Of a stretch of 64,000 bases of DNA, positions 1 through 16,370 are shown one piece after another (the first letter of the stretch is position 1; each line of letters begins with the position of its first letter). The stretch lies in NCBI RefSeq assembly GCF_009914755.1, contig NC_060939.1; one strand, 5' to 3'. The position numbers and the translations under genes are program-made. The notes below the pieces were generated by a model that worked only from the letters and a program-made list of their open reading frames with translations, was not told the DNA's origin and did not search any database. This stretch comes from the human T2T-CHM13v2.0 reference genome, Homo sapiens.

Positions 1-2473
<2,473 letters not shown>

Positions 2474-2650
2474 ACAAGCCTCAGTAGCCAGTTCAATCAA
2501 CTGGAAGAAAGGGTATTAGTGATGGAAGATCAAATGAATGAAATGAAGCGAGAAGAGAAGTTTAGAGAAAAAAGAATAAAAAGAAATGAACAAAGCCTCC
2601 AAGAAATATGGGACTATGTGAAAAGACCAAATCTACGTCTGATTGGTGTA
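2474..2650 (+). mobile_element. Inverted 5' segment of the same L1 (mid-ORF1), twin-priming inversion
   Basis: Plus strand translates as TSLSSQFNQLEERVLVMEDQMNEMKREEKFREKRIKRNEQSLQEIWDYVKRPNLRLIGV (ORF1p coiled coil into RRM start), directly abutting the minus-strand L1. Confidence 0.93.
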
Positions 2651-2845
2651 GCTCAGTGATCTTTAAGAAGCTTTTCATGAGGCCCCACTAGATGATTTTC
2701 ATTTGCCTCTCATTACCCACTCTTAACCGCAAGGGAGACTGGGAAATGCAGAACTTTAGTTATATGTATTGCCTCCCAGAATAAAATGGGGTTTTGTTAG
2801 AAAGAAGTAAATAAAGAAGATAATGAATATTTGGTGGGTAATTAA
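2651..2845 (-). mobile_element. Old MaLR LTR fragment (MLT1J/K-like)
   Basis: Motifs GCAAGGGAGACTGGGAAATGCAG and AATAAAATGGGGTTTTGTTAG resemble reverse-strand MLT1J/K LTRs. Confidence 0.55.
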
Positions 2846-2847
2846 TA

Positions 2848-3309
2848 CAGCTGACCCTGGAACAGCACAGGTTTGAACTGCATGGTCCACTTATAAGTGG
2901 ATTTTCTTTCACCTCTGCCACTCTGAGATAGCAAGACCAATCCCTCCTCTTCCTTCTCCTCCTCCTTCTCCTCCTCAGCGTGAAGTTGATAAGTATGAAG
3001 ACCTTTAAGATGATTCAATTCCACTTATGAATAGTAAATATATTTTCTTTTCCTTATGATTTTCACAATAATATTTTCTTTTCTCAAGCTTGCTTTATTG
3101 TAAAAATATAGTAGATAAGATAATACATATAGCACAAAAATCTGTGCTAATCAACTATTTATATTATCAGTAAGGCTTCTGGTCAACATTAGGCTATTAG
3201 TAAAGTTTCTGGGGAATCAAAAGTTTTATATAAATTTCTGAATGTACAGCGAGAACAACATGGGAATTAGGTTGGTGCCTTAATTCCTATGTTGCTCAAC
3301 AGTCAACTA
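2848..3309 (+). mobile_element. Tigger2a (MER28) Tc1/mariner non-autonomous element
   Basis: TA|CAGCTGACCCTGGAACA 5' TIR and TGTTGCTCAACAGTCAACTA 3' TIR. The body is collinear with a second copy at 63098-63531. Confidence 0.9.
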
Positions 3310-4253
3310 CAGTTTCAGCTGAAGTCTGCTCTTTTTTTCTCAATGTCTATACTCATCCTTCCTTTCTTATGTAGAACACCTGGCCCCTTTCCTATGAAGA
3401 TACCCCAAGGTCTCATCCAAGCAATGCACCTAACTCAACATCGAGGATTACTGGGTGAAATATACCCCTCTCTGTTCCATCTAGATGTGGCTTCTTGTGA
3501 TCCGGTAATGTATAAAAATAGAAAAAAATATTTGCTGCCAGAACATCGTAATGGAGAAACAGTAGGATAGGAATGATTGAGCTCTTCTTTTCAGAAAGTG
3601 GTAATGGGAGCATTCATCAGTCACTGTTCCATACCAATTATGAAATCTTGTTGGGCAGGATTATCAAGACCCCCTGGCCTGGCAGAGCAGAGCTCTATGC
3701 TCCAGGAGGTTTCTGTCCTACTAGCTTTATACTGAGTTCGTCTCTTTTATAGGATGCAATTAAAAGTCAGAAAACAACACAGACTAGCAGCTACAATTTT
3801 TCTACATTTTCTATTGTACAACAGCTTTACACAGTCTGCCTTCCAAAGTACAACAGGTGAAAATTTGATCGTAAGTTTGCCACTGCGTTACAAGGGTCAA
3901 TGACTTTCCAAATGTTAACAGGTAGATTCTTACTGCTCACAGCATGGCTGCCTTCACCATACAAACACAACTAACTACAAATATTTACAATGCATCTAAG
4001 TGAAAACTATATACTGAGCTTTACCATGAAATATAAAAGATTTAAGTAAATAGAATAAAAAGAAGTCCTTGCAAGTGAAAACTGAAATTTATAAATGCCA
4101 ATTTCTCCCAAGTATAGGTTTAATACAATTCAAACTTTTCCAGCCCTCACATTCTAGCATGATTCTTTGAAACTTAACAAGGTGATTTAAAGCCTACCTG
4201 TTAGAAAGAAAGTATAAGAATGAACAAGAAAATGTATGAAAAAAGAAAAGAAG

Positions 4254-4752
4254 ATACGTGCCACACAGAAACTTGTACCTGAATGTTGACAGCATTATTC
4301 ATAATAGCCAAAATGTGAAAACAACTCAATTGTCCATCAGGTGAACAGATAAACAAAATGTGGCATATCCATACAATAGAATATTATTCAGCCATGAAAA
4401 AAGAGTGAAATATTAATACATGCTACAATTTGGATGAACCTCAAAAACATTATGCTAAGTGAGAAAAGTCAGACACAAAAAATCACGTTTTATATGACTC
4501 CTTCAGTATGATATATCCAGGATAGGCAAATCCATAGAGACCAAAAGCCGATCAGAGATTACCAGGGAGTGGGAGAAAGGGGAAATGGAGTGCGATTAAT
4601 GGGTATAGGGCATTTTAAGGGATGGTAAATATTTTGAAACTAGAAAGATCTGGTAGTTGCATAATATTATGAATATACTATATATCACTGAATTGTATAC
4701 ATTAAGATGGCTAATTACAGATTATGTAAATTTCACCTCAATAAAAATAAAA
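4254..4752 (+). mobile_element. L1MB-type LINE-1 3' end
   Basis: Typical 3' segment (AAACTTGTACCTGAATGTT...GGATGAACCTCAAAAACATTATGCTAAGTGA...ACCTCAATAAA). Confidence 0.8.
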
Positions 4753-4774
4753 GAAGACAAAAGAAATGAATATG

Positions 4775-5071
<297 letters not shown>

Positions 5072-5099
5072 AGGAAATGAATATAGAGGATAAACAATA

Positions 5100-6060
5100 T
5101 CATTTTTAAGGACATGAAGCAGAATTGGCAAACGTCACTTATGTTGCTATATCACTGGCTAAAATGTTGTGGTATGGCTGTACCTAAGTTCAAAAGAAGT
5201 GGGAAATGCAGTCCCCAGCAGAATGGTTACAAATACAACCAAAATATATTGCCAGAGTATTGTTCTATGGTATTACATAAAGAAAGAAGGAAAATTATGC
5301 AAGGAGATAATATCCCATCATTTGTCTTTGTAACTTGCTAAAAGCAACAAGGAACAATGAATACACATGAACATTTTGGCCATTTCCAGTTACTTTCTTA
5401 GATCTGTACACGTCCTAGGCATGTGTTCTGCCTTCCAGGTGAATGCTGGCAAGAGTTTTATTCAATGTTTTTTCACAGTAAACATTTCTGGCTTTCAGTA
5501 TCTGCCTCCTCGTTTCCTGTTGCCTGGCTGTTGAATCAACACCAGATAGTTCAGTCTGTGTCATGGCAGCGCCTCAATTCTGATATTGATCAGTGAGTAT
5601 AAAGGCTAAGACATGGCATCAATGAGACTCACACATAGTGATTTAAATGGGATAATAGTTTTCTCTCTCTCTTGCAGGAGAGTCTGGGGTCTGGCAGGGT
5701 TTACTCACTTGGTCATCTAGTGACCTAACGTGAAAACTCAACATGCATCTTTCACCACTGGGTCCAAGAAGCTGCTCCAGTTTTCCTAATTCCAGGGGTT
5801 GAATTCAATGACACCATGTCTGCATGTCAGTCAGTGAGGACAGGGAAAACAGGTGTGAAGATGCATCTTCGTGTTAACGGACCCAAGGCAAAAGTGGTAC
5901 CTGTACCTTCTGCTCCGAACCATTGGCTGACACCTAGTCACATGGTCATAATTATCAGGGACAGAAGCTGAAAAATGATAGTAGTAGCATCACCACATGA
6001 CCACCAGAATAGTGGAGGGCGTCAATTAATAAAGGGAAGAAAGATATAATGGATATTAAA
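5100..6060 (-). mobile_element. Degenerate MLT1-type LTR fragments (about 5100-5330 and 5590-6060)
   Basis: MLT1-like motifs such as CATTGGCTGACACCTAGTCACATGGTCA and GGGAAATGCAGTC; highly diverged. Confidence 0.45.
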
Positions 6061-6069
6061 ACACAGGAA

Positions 6070-7030
6070 CAGTCTTTAACATAGTATGCATGTAAAGTTT
6101 CTAGAAAAACAATGAAAAGGATAGAAAAAATATATGCAACTTTCAACTGGTAGGGAGAAAAAGAGGAATGATAGAAATTTCTCATGTCTTACTGACATCA
6201 AGAAAGGAAAAGAAAAGCAACATAGAAAAGCTGAGACAAACGAAAAGCCCCAAATAATCATAAAAATAAATCTAAATATATCAGTAATTATAATTAACAT
6301 ATAAAGAACATATAAAAAAGCTTTAGCTTTAAAACAATGATTGAGAAACAGTGAAAAAATCTATTAAATGCCATTTAAAAGAGAAACAGTTAAGCCATCA
6401 AAATTGAAAAGAGTTGAAGGTGAAGGGTGAAGAGTAATAGAGCAGGTAAGCATTAAACACATAGCAAGCTAATTTACCTATGTTAATAGCAGCCTAACGA
6501 AACTTTAAGGCAAACAGTTTTAAGAGAAATAAAACTCTGACAGCTTCAAAATATCAAAGGTTTAATTCGCTTAGAAGATATTTAAAAGTTAAATTTGTAT
6601 GAACCTAACAATTTAGCTTCAAAATATATACAAAGCAAATATTGAAGGAACTGCAAAGGAGCTGTCAAAGCTATCAGTTCAGGCTACCCTCTTGGTAATT
6701 GATAGATCAAGGAAACAAAATCCAGTGATGATTCAGGTTTTGACCAACATAATTAGCATGCTTAATTTAATGTACTTAGGAAAAATTTCACGATTCCATG
6801 AAAAAGCCAAGTCACTGAAGAATAACAGTGTCATCACATGCATAACGTTATAGGAAGCTCAAAAACTTGCAAATCTAACAGACAAAAAAGGGATTTAGAA
6901 ATTCAAGAATACGTGCTAATAGTATAAAGAAAATTTTAAACAAAAGTAAGAAGTTTTAATTTTAGGTTGTACTACTTATTTTCCATTATGAAAAATGGAG
7001 TCATTTGCAAGGCTCCAAACATTAATGTTC
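6070..7030 (+). mobile_element. Ancient L1M (L1ME-type) fragments
   Basis: A-rich sequence resembling the ORF2 endonuclease region (CCAAATA...ATATCAGTAATTATAATTAA...GAACCTAACAATTTAGCTTCAAAATATAT), then a 3'-end-like piece. Confidence 0.6.
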
Positions 7031-7689
7031 TATTCTATAAGCGCATGTGTGAGAGAGACGGGACTTTCCTGTCTTTTATAGCAGTAGGCTTTACCAAATT
7101 TTAAGAAAATAAAGCCACAAAATATTCCAAGACTAGTCTTCAGGTGGCTTGTATTTCTGTAGAATACCCAAGTGATTGGCAAATGTCAGCATGTGGGTCA
7201 TTGCTAATTGATTCCTGGATGTCTGCTGTGGGACAGTGCCTTCTAGTCCCTATGCAAGGAAAATGAGAAAAGCCTCATCTCAAAAAGATGAAAATCTCAG
7301 GAAGAAATTTGGGTAAGATCAGTTTTTATGGCATGTATGAATGCAAATTTATGAGTCTGAATGATAGTGCTCATGTGTGAAGAGTATTGTCTACACTGTG
7401 AAGGTGTCCCAACTCCATGTGACTTTGGATCTACTGGGAGCAACAAACACCACGGCAGTTGAAGCCTAAGAAAACTACGTTGTGCCAAGATGTGGTACCG
7501 CTCACCGGTCTTCTGCCTAACAATCAAATCCCTGTGCATATTCTTTAAAAAGACAACTGAAATAACTTTTTATATTCTTTGCTAATAACCTAAGCGTTAG
7601 CTGAGATCTAATCTGAAGTGTCTTTGCCAGGTAGTCTCACTTTTACAAATTCCACACGACATTTTTTAAAAACATCTGATAAATCCTAC

Positions 7690-8560
<871 letters not shown>

Positions 8561-8572
8561 AAGGTTTCTGTT

Positions 8573-8848
8573 CAGCGCTGTCTAACAAAATTTAATGTGA
8601 GTCACTTTATAATTTTTAGTGTTCTGGTGTCCATTTTAAAAAAGTAAAAAGACTCAGGTATAATTTATTTTAATAATATATTTCATTTAGCCCATATAGC
8701 GAGTCTTTTCATTTCAATTAGTTATCAATATAAAAATTGTGAATGAGATATTTTGCATTCCATTTTCATATAATCCTCATAGCACATCTCTATTAGCACT
8801 ACCCACATTTCCAGGATTCATAACTCCATGTGGCCAGGGGCAGCGCAG
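8573..8848 (-). mobile_element. MER33 (hAT-Charlie)
   Basis: Starts CAGCGCTGTC, has internal AAAAAGTAAAAAGA...TAATAATATATTT, and ends CATGTGGC...CAGCGCAG. Confidence 0.75.
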
Positions 8849-8869
8849 GCCTAGTTAATAAATACACGA

Positions 8870-9330
8870 TTAATCTCAGGATGGGTCTCCCAGAGCGTGA
8901 AATCTGTGAGAAAAGCTTAAGTGCAACTATCATCAGAAATGTAATTCCAGAGAAGCAGCAGTGAGAAAAAAGTAAAGTTAGGCAAGAAAAAAGAAAGAGG
9001 AAAAGGAAGGAGCTTTACGAAGTCAGCACCACTTGGTGTTAAAGTGTCTGCAGGACGCTGAATCCTGTGGGGATCTTCCAGTATCATGCATGTCAGGTCA
9101 GTTTCCGGTGGCCAGGGAAAGGAGGAAGGGAGAGAAATCTATCCACAAGCTCCTGTCTCTCGCTGGGCAAAAGTTTGGCAAAAATGTTGCAGAAGAGGAA
9201 GAGGCCCAGGGAAGTGCCTGGAATGAAAGCCACACGTCTGTCTCTTCTGCAACATCCTGGGCTACAGCTAAGCCGGAAGCCTGGTGCAGGAAGGATCAGG
9301 AGAGGTTTTAGGGAAGGCACCTTTAGATGG
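8870..9330 (-). mobile_element. Old ERVL LTR (LTR16-like)
   Basis: TCTCAGGATGGGTCTCCCAGAG...GTAATTCCAGAGAAGCAGCAGTGAG pattern; diverged. Confidence 0.4.
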
Positions 9331-9670
9331 TGCCCTCATGAATTTCACTGGACGACAGTTAGCAGTCACAATAGTGAGACTAGGATTGGAAAGAGTGGAC
9401 CAAGGCTCCAGAGACAAGTGAAGCCAAGAGGATCAGAAGCGATTCATAAGAAGTGTTTGGCTCAACTGCCTCATGGAAGGATCAGCAGCTGTCAAGACAG
9501 GATGAGGAATGTCCCATTAATACTGACATAGAAACGTCTCTCTAACACGTACAGTCATGTGAAAAAAGCAAGGTGCAAAAGAGTGCATACAGTATGCTAC
9601 ACTTTGTGGATGAAAGGCGGAGAATAATCACCTTTGTATTAATTTAGTTTTGCATAAAGAATTGCTGGGA

Positions 9671-9963
9671 GGCTGGGCGCGGTGGCTCACACCTGTAATC
9701 CCAGCACTTTGGGAGGCCGAGGCGAGTGAATCACTTGAGGTCATGAGTTTGAGACCACCCTGGCCAACATGGCGAAACTGCATCTCTACTAAAAATACAA
9801 AAAATCAGCTGGCTGGGGTGGCGCATGCCGGTAATCCCGGCTACTCGGGAGGTTGAGGCAAGAGAATTGCTTGAACCCAGGAGGCGGAGGTTACAGTGAG
9901 TCAGGATCGTGCCACTGCACTCCAGCCTGGGTGAGAGAGTGAGACCCTGTCTAAAAAACAAAA
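9671..9963 (+). mobile_element. Alu (AluS-type) inserted in an L1ME 3' end (about 9520-10130)
   Basis: Full dimer with TSD core AATTGCTGG on both sides. Confidence 0.93.
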
Positions 9964-10278
9964 TAATTGCTGGAAAAACCCAGGCACTAACAAAAGTGGT
10001 TCTCTAACTGAGGAGTGAAATAGGATTGATGGAGAAAGTGGTGGGAGGACACCTCTTAGTGGATGCCTTTTTATATAATTTTGATTTTTATCCCTCATGA
10101 CTGTATTTCCTAATCAGATACAATACACCTTTCAGTAGAACTATGATAAAGCCATCCGGGTAAGGTGGTAAGATTAGTTGTTCTCAAGCACCATCTTTTG
10201 ATATGGTTAGTTTCATTCCTAATGTAGTCAAGGTTTCAAATAGTTCTTATATATTCTGTCCTTTACTGAGATTTTATT

Positions 10279-10580
10279 ATTATTTTCTCTTTTTTTTTGA
10301 AACGAAGTCTCACTTCATCACCCAGACCGCAGTGCAGTGGAGTGATCTTGGCTCACTACAACTTCCGCCTCCCAGGTTCAACCAATTCTCCTACCTCAGC
10401 CTCCCGCATAGCTGGGGTTACAGGTCCCTACCACCGTGCCTGGCTAATTTTTGTATTTTTAGTAGAGACAGGTTTTCACCATGTTGGCCAGGCTGGTCTC
10501 CAACTCCTGACATCAAATGATCCACCCCCCTCGGCCTCCCAAAGTGCTGGCAGTACAGGCGTAAGCCACCACACCCAGCC
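10279..10580 (-). mobile_element. Alu (AluS-type)
   Basis: Reverse dimer with a 13-bp TSD CTGAGATTTTATT at 10266-10278 and 10581-10593. Confidence 0.95.
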
Positions 10581-11069
10581 CTGAGATTTTATTTTCTATC
10601 CATGTTTGGACTCATCTGAGAATTGACTACATTCAAACAGTTTTATAAAAAAGTTCAGGATCCAGGAAATAGTGAATTCTTATTCACTTGTTTGTGTTAT
10701 TAATTCTGCCTTGTTTTGTTTTAATTGAAAGGTAATTGGGCCTGTTAAAGATTTTTCCACTATTATCAGACATTGGCTGTTTTAGTGAAGAAGTATGAGG
10801 TCAACCTGAATTTTTTTCTCCTTGATGTGAATAATTTTTCTACCTGGTTGGCTGTAAGATTTATTGTTTTATCCTTGAAGTTCAGCAACTTCAAGAAGCT
10901 ACGTCTTGGCATTTATCTTTCTGTATCAATTGTTCTTGGGTAAGTGCATGCCCTTTTGGTCGACAGACTCAATCATGTTTCATTCTTTGTGCTTTGTGGC
11001 TGTACATATGTTCTTGTTTCACTGGTGTCAAAAATACTTATTTTATATTTTTTGTTCCCTATTATATTC

Positions 11070-13760
11070 AGTGGATTTTTTTCCTCAACATTTTATTATG
11101 GAAATGTTCATGCATACAGGAAGGTTGAAAGAATTTTACAGTGAAGAATCATTTATCTACTGCCTGGACTCCATAATTAACATTTTATAATATTTGCTTT
11201 ATTATATATGCGTCCATCTGTCCATCCTTCTATCCATCTTTAGTAGATCTTATTTTATTGAGGCATTTCAAAGAAATGATACCATTACATTTCTCAATAA
11301 ATATTTCAGCATGCATTTCTCAAATTAGAATTCAGTATTTGTTTATTTTTTTACATTTGCAATAAAATTAACAAGCAACACATATAAAAGTCTTAATTCC
11401 ATGATTTTCACAAGTGCATTTATGTATGTAACCAGATCCCTTGGCAAGATAGAAAATGCTACAATTGTCTGGGAATTTCACTCATGTACATTTTCACTTA
11501 ATGCTTAGCTCTAGCCCTTCCCCTGACAGGCAATCACTGGTCTGTTTGTTTGTGTTTTTTTTTTCACCATGGATTCGTTTTGCCTATTTTAGAACTTCGT
11601 GTAAAGGCAACCATAAAGTATGTGCCTCTATTTTGTAAAGTTTCTTTCATTCAGCATGTTTGGAGATTCATCCATGACATTGTAGGTGTCAATAGTTTGT
11701 TCCTTTTTATTGCTGCATGGTAGTCCATTGCATAAATACCTGATGCATTTTTTAATTCATTCCCCTGTGGATGGACAAGTTGGGCTAATTCCAGTTTGGG
11801 GCTGTTATGAATAAAATTGCTATGAATAGTTTTGATGTCTTTTTGTAGAATGCCTGGGTTGAATGGAGGTATATGTTTAGCTTAATAAGAAACTGCCTCA
11901 ACATTTTCCTAAAGTGTATTATTACACACTGCTATCAAGAGCAAATGAAAGTTCCAGCTACTCCACATCTTTGTTTATATCTGATGTTGTTAGTTATTTT
12001 AATTTTAGCAGCTGTGATGAATGTGGGGTGGCATTTTATTGTGGTTTTAATTTGCATTTTTCTGATGAGCAATGATGACTAAGTTGTTTCAGATGTTTGT
12101 TGGCCATTTGTATGCCTCCCCTTGTGAAATGCTTGTTAAAATCTTAGGGCCATTTTTAGTCAATTGTTTGACATTTTATTATCTTGGCTTATAGTCTTTT
12201 ATAAGATACATGTATTGTGGATATTTTCTCTCATTGATATTCTTAATCAAATCTTTTGATGAGCAAGTTTAATTTTGATGAAGTCTCATTTATTAATTTT
12301 TTTCTTTTAAAATTATTGCTTTCTTTGTCCTAAGAAAGCTTTGCCTACCCCTGAGTCATAAAGGCATTTCTCTATATTTTCTACAAGCATTATAGTTTAG
12401 ATTTACATTTAGGTTTCTGATGCATCACAAGTTAATTTTGATGTATGCATGAGATAGGAGTTGAGGTTAATTCGTTTCCCATAGGGATATCAATTATTTC
12501 ACCACCATTTACTGAGAAGTTTTTTTTTTTTCCCCATTGGATTGCTTTGGTGCTTTTGCCAAAAATCAAATGATCATATCAGTTGTATTAGTGCAGGTCT
12601 CTTTCTCAGTTACACTTTCTGTTTCACTGACTTACTTGTCAAACTTTATGATACTGTCTTAATTACTGTGGCTTTGTAGTAACCCTTAAACTTAGGTAGT
12701 TTAAGTCCTCCAAATTTGTTCTTCAAATAGACATTGTAACCATATTCAGTCTTGCAATCCATGAACATAGCATATCTCTTCATTTTTTAGTGTTTTAAAA
12801 TTTCTCTCAGTAATGTTTTCTGGTTTACAGTGTAGAGGTCTTACTGATGGCTAGTTAAATTTGTCCTAAGTATTTGATGCTTTTTGACAGTATTGTGATG
12901 AATTTTTAGCAATTTCATTTTCCAATTATTTGCTACTAGTACATAGATATACCACTGGACTTGGTGATTAACTTTGTATCCTGCAACCTTGTTAAATTAG
13001 CTTATTAATTCTAAAGTCTTTTATTCATGGAATTAAATTTATCAATCTTTTTCTTAATGGTTCCTCAGGCTTATGTGTTGCTTATAAAGGTCTGTGTTAT
13101 CCCAAGACTAGGAAAATATGTTATCATTTAAAAAATATATTTTAACATTTAGATTTTCATTCTTTCTGGTATTCAGGTAAAAGTATGGTAAAGTAAGAAC
13201 CTAGTATTATGCCAATCTAATAATTGGCATTGTTAATTGCTTCAGCACCATTTGTTCAATAGGTTATCCATCTTTGAATTGGGTTTAAATAGCCATCTTT
13301 ATCTTATACTAAATTTCAAAGCAGACGTCGGTCTGCTTCTAGAGTTTGGAGTTTGGTCTAAAGAAGTTTTTACCAATAATTAAGATAGTTTTATTAATTA
13401 TGGTAGTTTATTTTTAAAAATGTATTGGCTAATTCTGCACATTGACTCTTTCAGATAAACTGTAGAATTAAGTTCCATGAAATACCACATTGGGTTTCTT
13501 ACTGGAATTGCACTTAATGTACAGATTCATTTGAGATAACTATACTTTTGAATGTTGAATATTCTCTCCAAAGATATAATTTGCATGTCTCTTTTTTAGA
13601 TGTTGTTTTGTGACTTCAGTGGAACTTTATAATTTTCTTCACATAGGTCTATAATATTTTCCTCAAGCTTTTCATAAGTATTTTATAGTTGGTATCATCA
13701 TGGAATCTGTTTATATTACACTTTCTAAATAATTATTAGAAAGCAATTTTTCACAATTTC
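11070..13760 (-). mobile_element. Cluster of old L1MC/L1ME fragments
   Basis: T-rich antisense L1M motifs (GAGATTCATCCATG, TTCCAGTTTGGGGCTGTTATGAATAAA, TGTGGTTTTAATTTGCATTTTTCTGATG, CAGCACCATTTGTT). Confidence 0.75.
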
Positions 13761-15194
13761 TGTCTTCATTGATTTTACAATACAGCTGAATGTAATTGAA
13801 TTAAAATTAAGAAAATATAATAAAATTTTTGAATAGGCTCCTCAGATAATTTCATAGATGAAGGAAGAGAGTCTACCAGATACCAATAAATTTCCTTGTA
13901 TTTAAAGAACCGTCTTTATGAAGCAGCTTGAGATTCACCTACATTTGTATCTGCAGTTGAATAACATCCTGATATACACTAACAGTTGTAAACTTAAAGG
14001 ACTTCTTTTCCCTTAAAAGCTTAGGGATCTGAAAAATGAACAACTGTGTATTCTCTATTACCTGTGTTCTTATCAAGAGAAAACAATGAACAACAGTTGT
14101 TTCATTTTGCCTTCTGCACTCTCATCCTTAGATTACTTTCGTGAATCTGTCCTGAAGATTATAAATTGAGTCCACCAGTTTATCAGGCCCGAAGGGTATT
14201 AGGCTTCGCCCGATACATCCTTACTCCATTTCTAGGAAGTAGCAACTTCATGTGGAGGAGTGAACAACAGAAGAGTTTAGAAAAATCCCAATGAGGATGT
14301 TGATCAGATCCCTTCTTGGGCACAAAGAAACAACACTGATTTGTAAATACTGTGTCCAAATTATAGAATGGTTAAATTTCTCCATTTCATATTAAGCCAA
14401 ATACATTCTTTCCAGTGCTATCAAAAGGATGAATAGACAGGGAAATGTCCCACCTGCGCTCCTTTAAAAAAATGCACAACCACATTTGAATCCAGAAATG
14501 CCACCCAATTTTCTAAAGCATCTCACCAGGCAGCTTTTTATCCTGATAAAACTCAATATAATAAGGCTAAATGGAATGTAGATGTCAGGAGAAAATGCTC
14601 CACCACTTCCTGCAGCCATTCAGCCATTCAGGTATTTATAAGACCTTTCCCCAAACCTTCCTAATGTGTCCTAAGCATTCATCTATTCAGTGGGAAGCTC
14701 TTGAACCCAACAGCCCAAAGTGGGTTTAAAAAAAAAAAACAACAACTCATAAAGCTTTTCTGTGGCAGAAAAAGCAGATAATGTGGCTCACGATGATTGC
14801 CACTCTTTGCTTTCCTTATCCTGGGAGTGAGGGCTGCCCTAATTACAAATTTTGTGGTCAAAGTCAGACAGAGATTTTAAAACTTTTTCTTGATTTAATG
14901 TCCTGTAAAAATTGTCAGCTGGACATTTGTCTTTCTCTTTCATGTGTTATTCAGGGTTTATCAATATCATCATGAATGATTACCAGTTATTATAAATATG
15001 ATTTTTGAGTTAAGACCTTTAATTTTTTAGTACATTTTCTGACATTCCTACTCACTAATGAGCCACCAGGTTAGCTCAACCTCCTGTTAATGGACCTGCA
15101 GTCATTGTCATACCTACCATGGACTGTGGTGTTTGCTTTCAATGTTTAACTGTGGCTCCCTTGATTTGTAACTGAAACCTAAAGAAATTCATTT

Positions 15195-15440
15195 TGTTCT
15201 CACTTATAAGTGAGAGTCAAATGATGAAAACTCATAAACACAAAGAGGGGAACAACAGACACTGGTGTTCTGAGGGTGGAGGGTGAGAGGAAGGAGGGGA
15301 GCAGAAAAAATAACTATTGGGGACTAGGCTTAATACCTGCGTGATGAAATGCTTTGTAACACAAACCCCCATGACTGTGAGTTTACCTATATAACAAACC
15401 TTACATGTACCTCCAAACCTAAAATAAAAGTTAGAAAAAT
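15195..15440 (+). mobile_element. L1PA15/16-like 3' end
   Basis: TGTTCTCACTTATAAGTG...CATGTACCTCCAAACCTAAAATAAAAGTT, with a degraded TSD-like pair AAAGAAATTCATTTTG / AAATAAAATCATTATG. Confidence 0.85.
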
Positions 15441-15619
15441 AAATAAAATCATTATGACATAAAGAAATTTTTCAATGACCATTTAAAAAGCAACTCATTA
15501 TTAAAGATGGAAAGGCTGGTTGTTGGCAGAATTTCAAAATGATTTTTAGAAAATGTATTAATATGGATAAATAAATAAATCCTCTCAGAGAGAAGAAATG
15601 CATTCTATATATATGTACT

Positions 15620-16370
15620 TCACCCTTACTATGTGTGAGGCAGTGGCCCTGTATTCAGGAAGCCCATTCTAATGGGGGCTGTGATCAGGTCAAAAGTGAA
15701 TTATAGCACAATGAGGTAAGTGCTGCGGTGAAGGATGGTTTTCCTTGGAAACAGAATAAGTTTCAACTTACCGGTCCTGAGGGGTTACAGAGGGTTTCCT
15801 GGAGGAAGTTATTACCTGGCTGAGGCCTGAAGATTAGCACTGAAACCTTGGAGGAGTAGGAGTTGAGAAAAGCAGAGAGAAGGGAATGTGAGCAGACCCA
15901 GATGGAGACAAGAGCTTGCCTGGCACACATGGGGATAATCATGAAGGCCCCAGAATGGAGCAAATAGACATGAGGCTGGAGAAGTATGTATGAGCTAGAT
16001 CATGGAGTACTTAGACAACACATGTGAAGGAATTCCTACCTTGAGGATAATGGGGAAGTACTAAAAGGCTTTACGCAGAGGACCAAATTTGGATTTCAGA
16101 TCACTCTGGCTACAGCATGGAGAATGAATAGGCTAAGGGCTAATTAGGAAGCAGTATTTCAGTACTATCAGAGAGAGAGATGGTGATTTAGTAAAAGCTA
16201 TGGTTGACAGGGATGATGAGCAGTAGATACTTTGAAAAATATGAAGAGGTAAAACCGACAGAAGTTGGGGGATATTGGCTATGGGGCAAGCTGGGAGAGC
16301 TATCAAGGGTGACACCCATGTGTCTAGCTTTGTGGAGATATGTTTTACTTAAGATCCCAGGGCAGATTTC
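15620..16370 (-). mobile_element. L2 fragment
   Basis: Antisense L2 motifs (GAGGGTTTCCTGGAGGAAGT, TGAGGCTGGAGAAGT, AGATCACTCTGGCTACAGCATGGAGAATGAAT). Confidence 0.75.

Noticed and set aside
7500-7570. Small minus-strand exon ending at CCG|GTGAGC
   Set aside because: The nearest upstream acceptor lacks a polypyrimidine tract.
9067-9531. 154-aa ORF
   Set aside because: It largely overlaps a degenerate LTR, has a non-ATG start and shows no domain.
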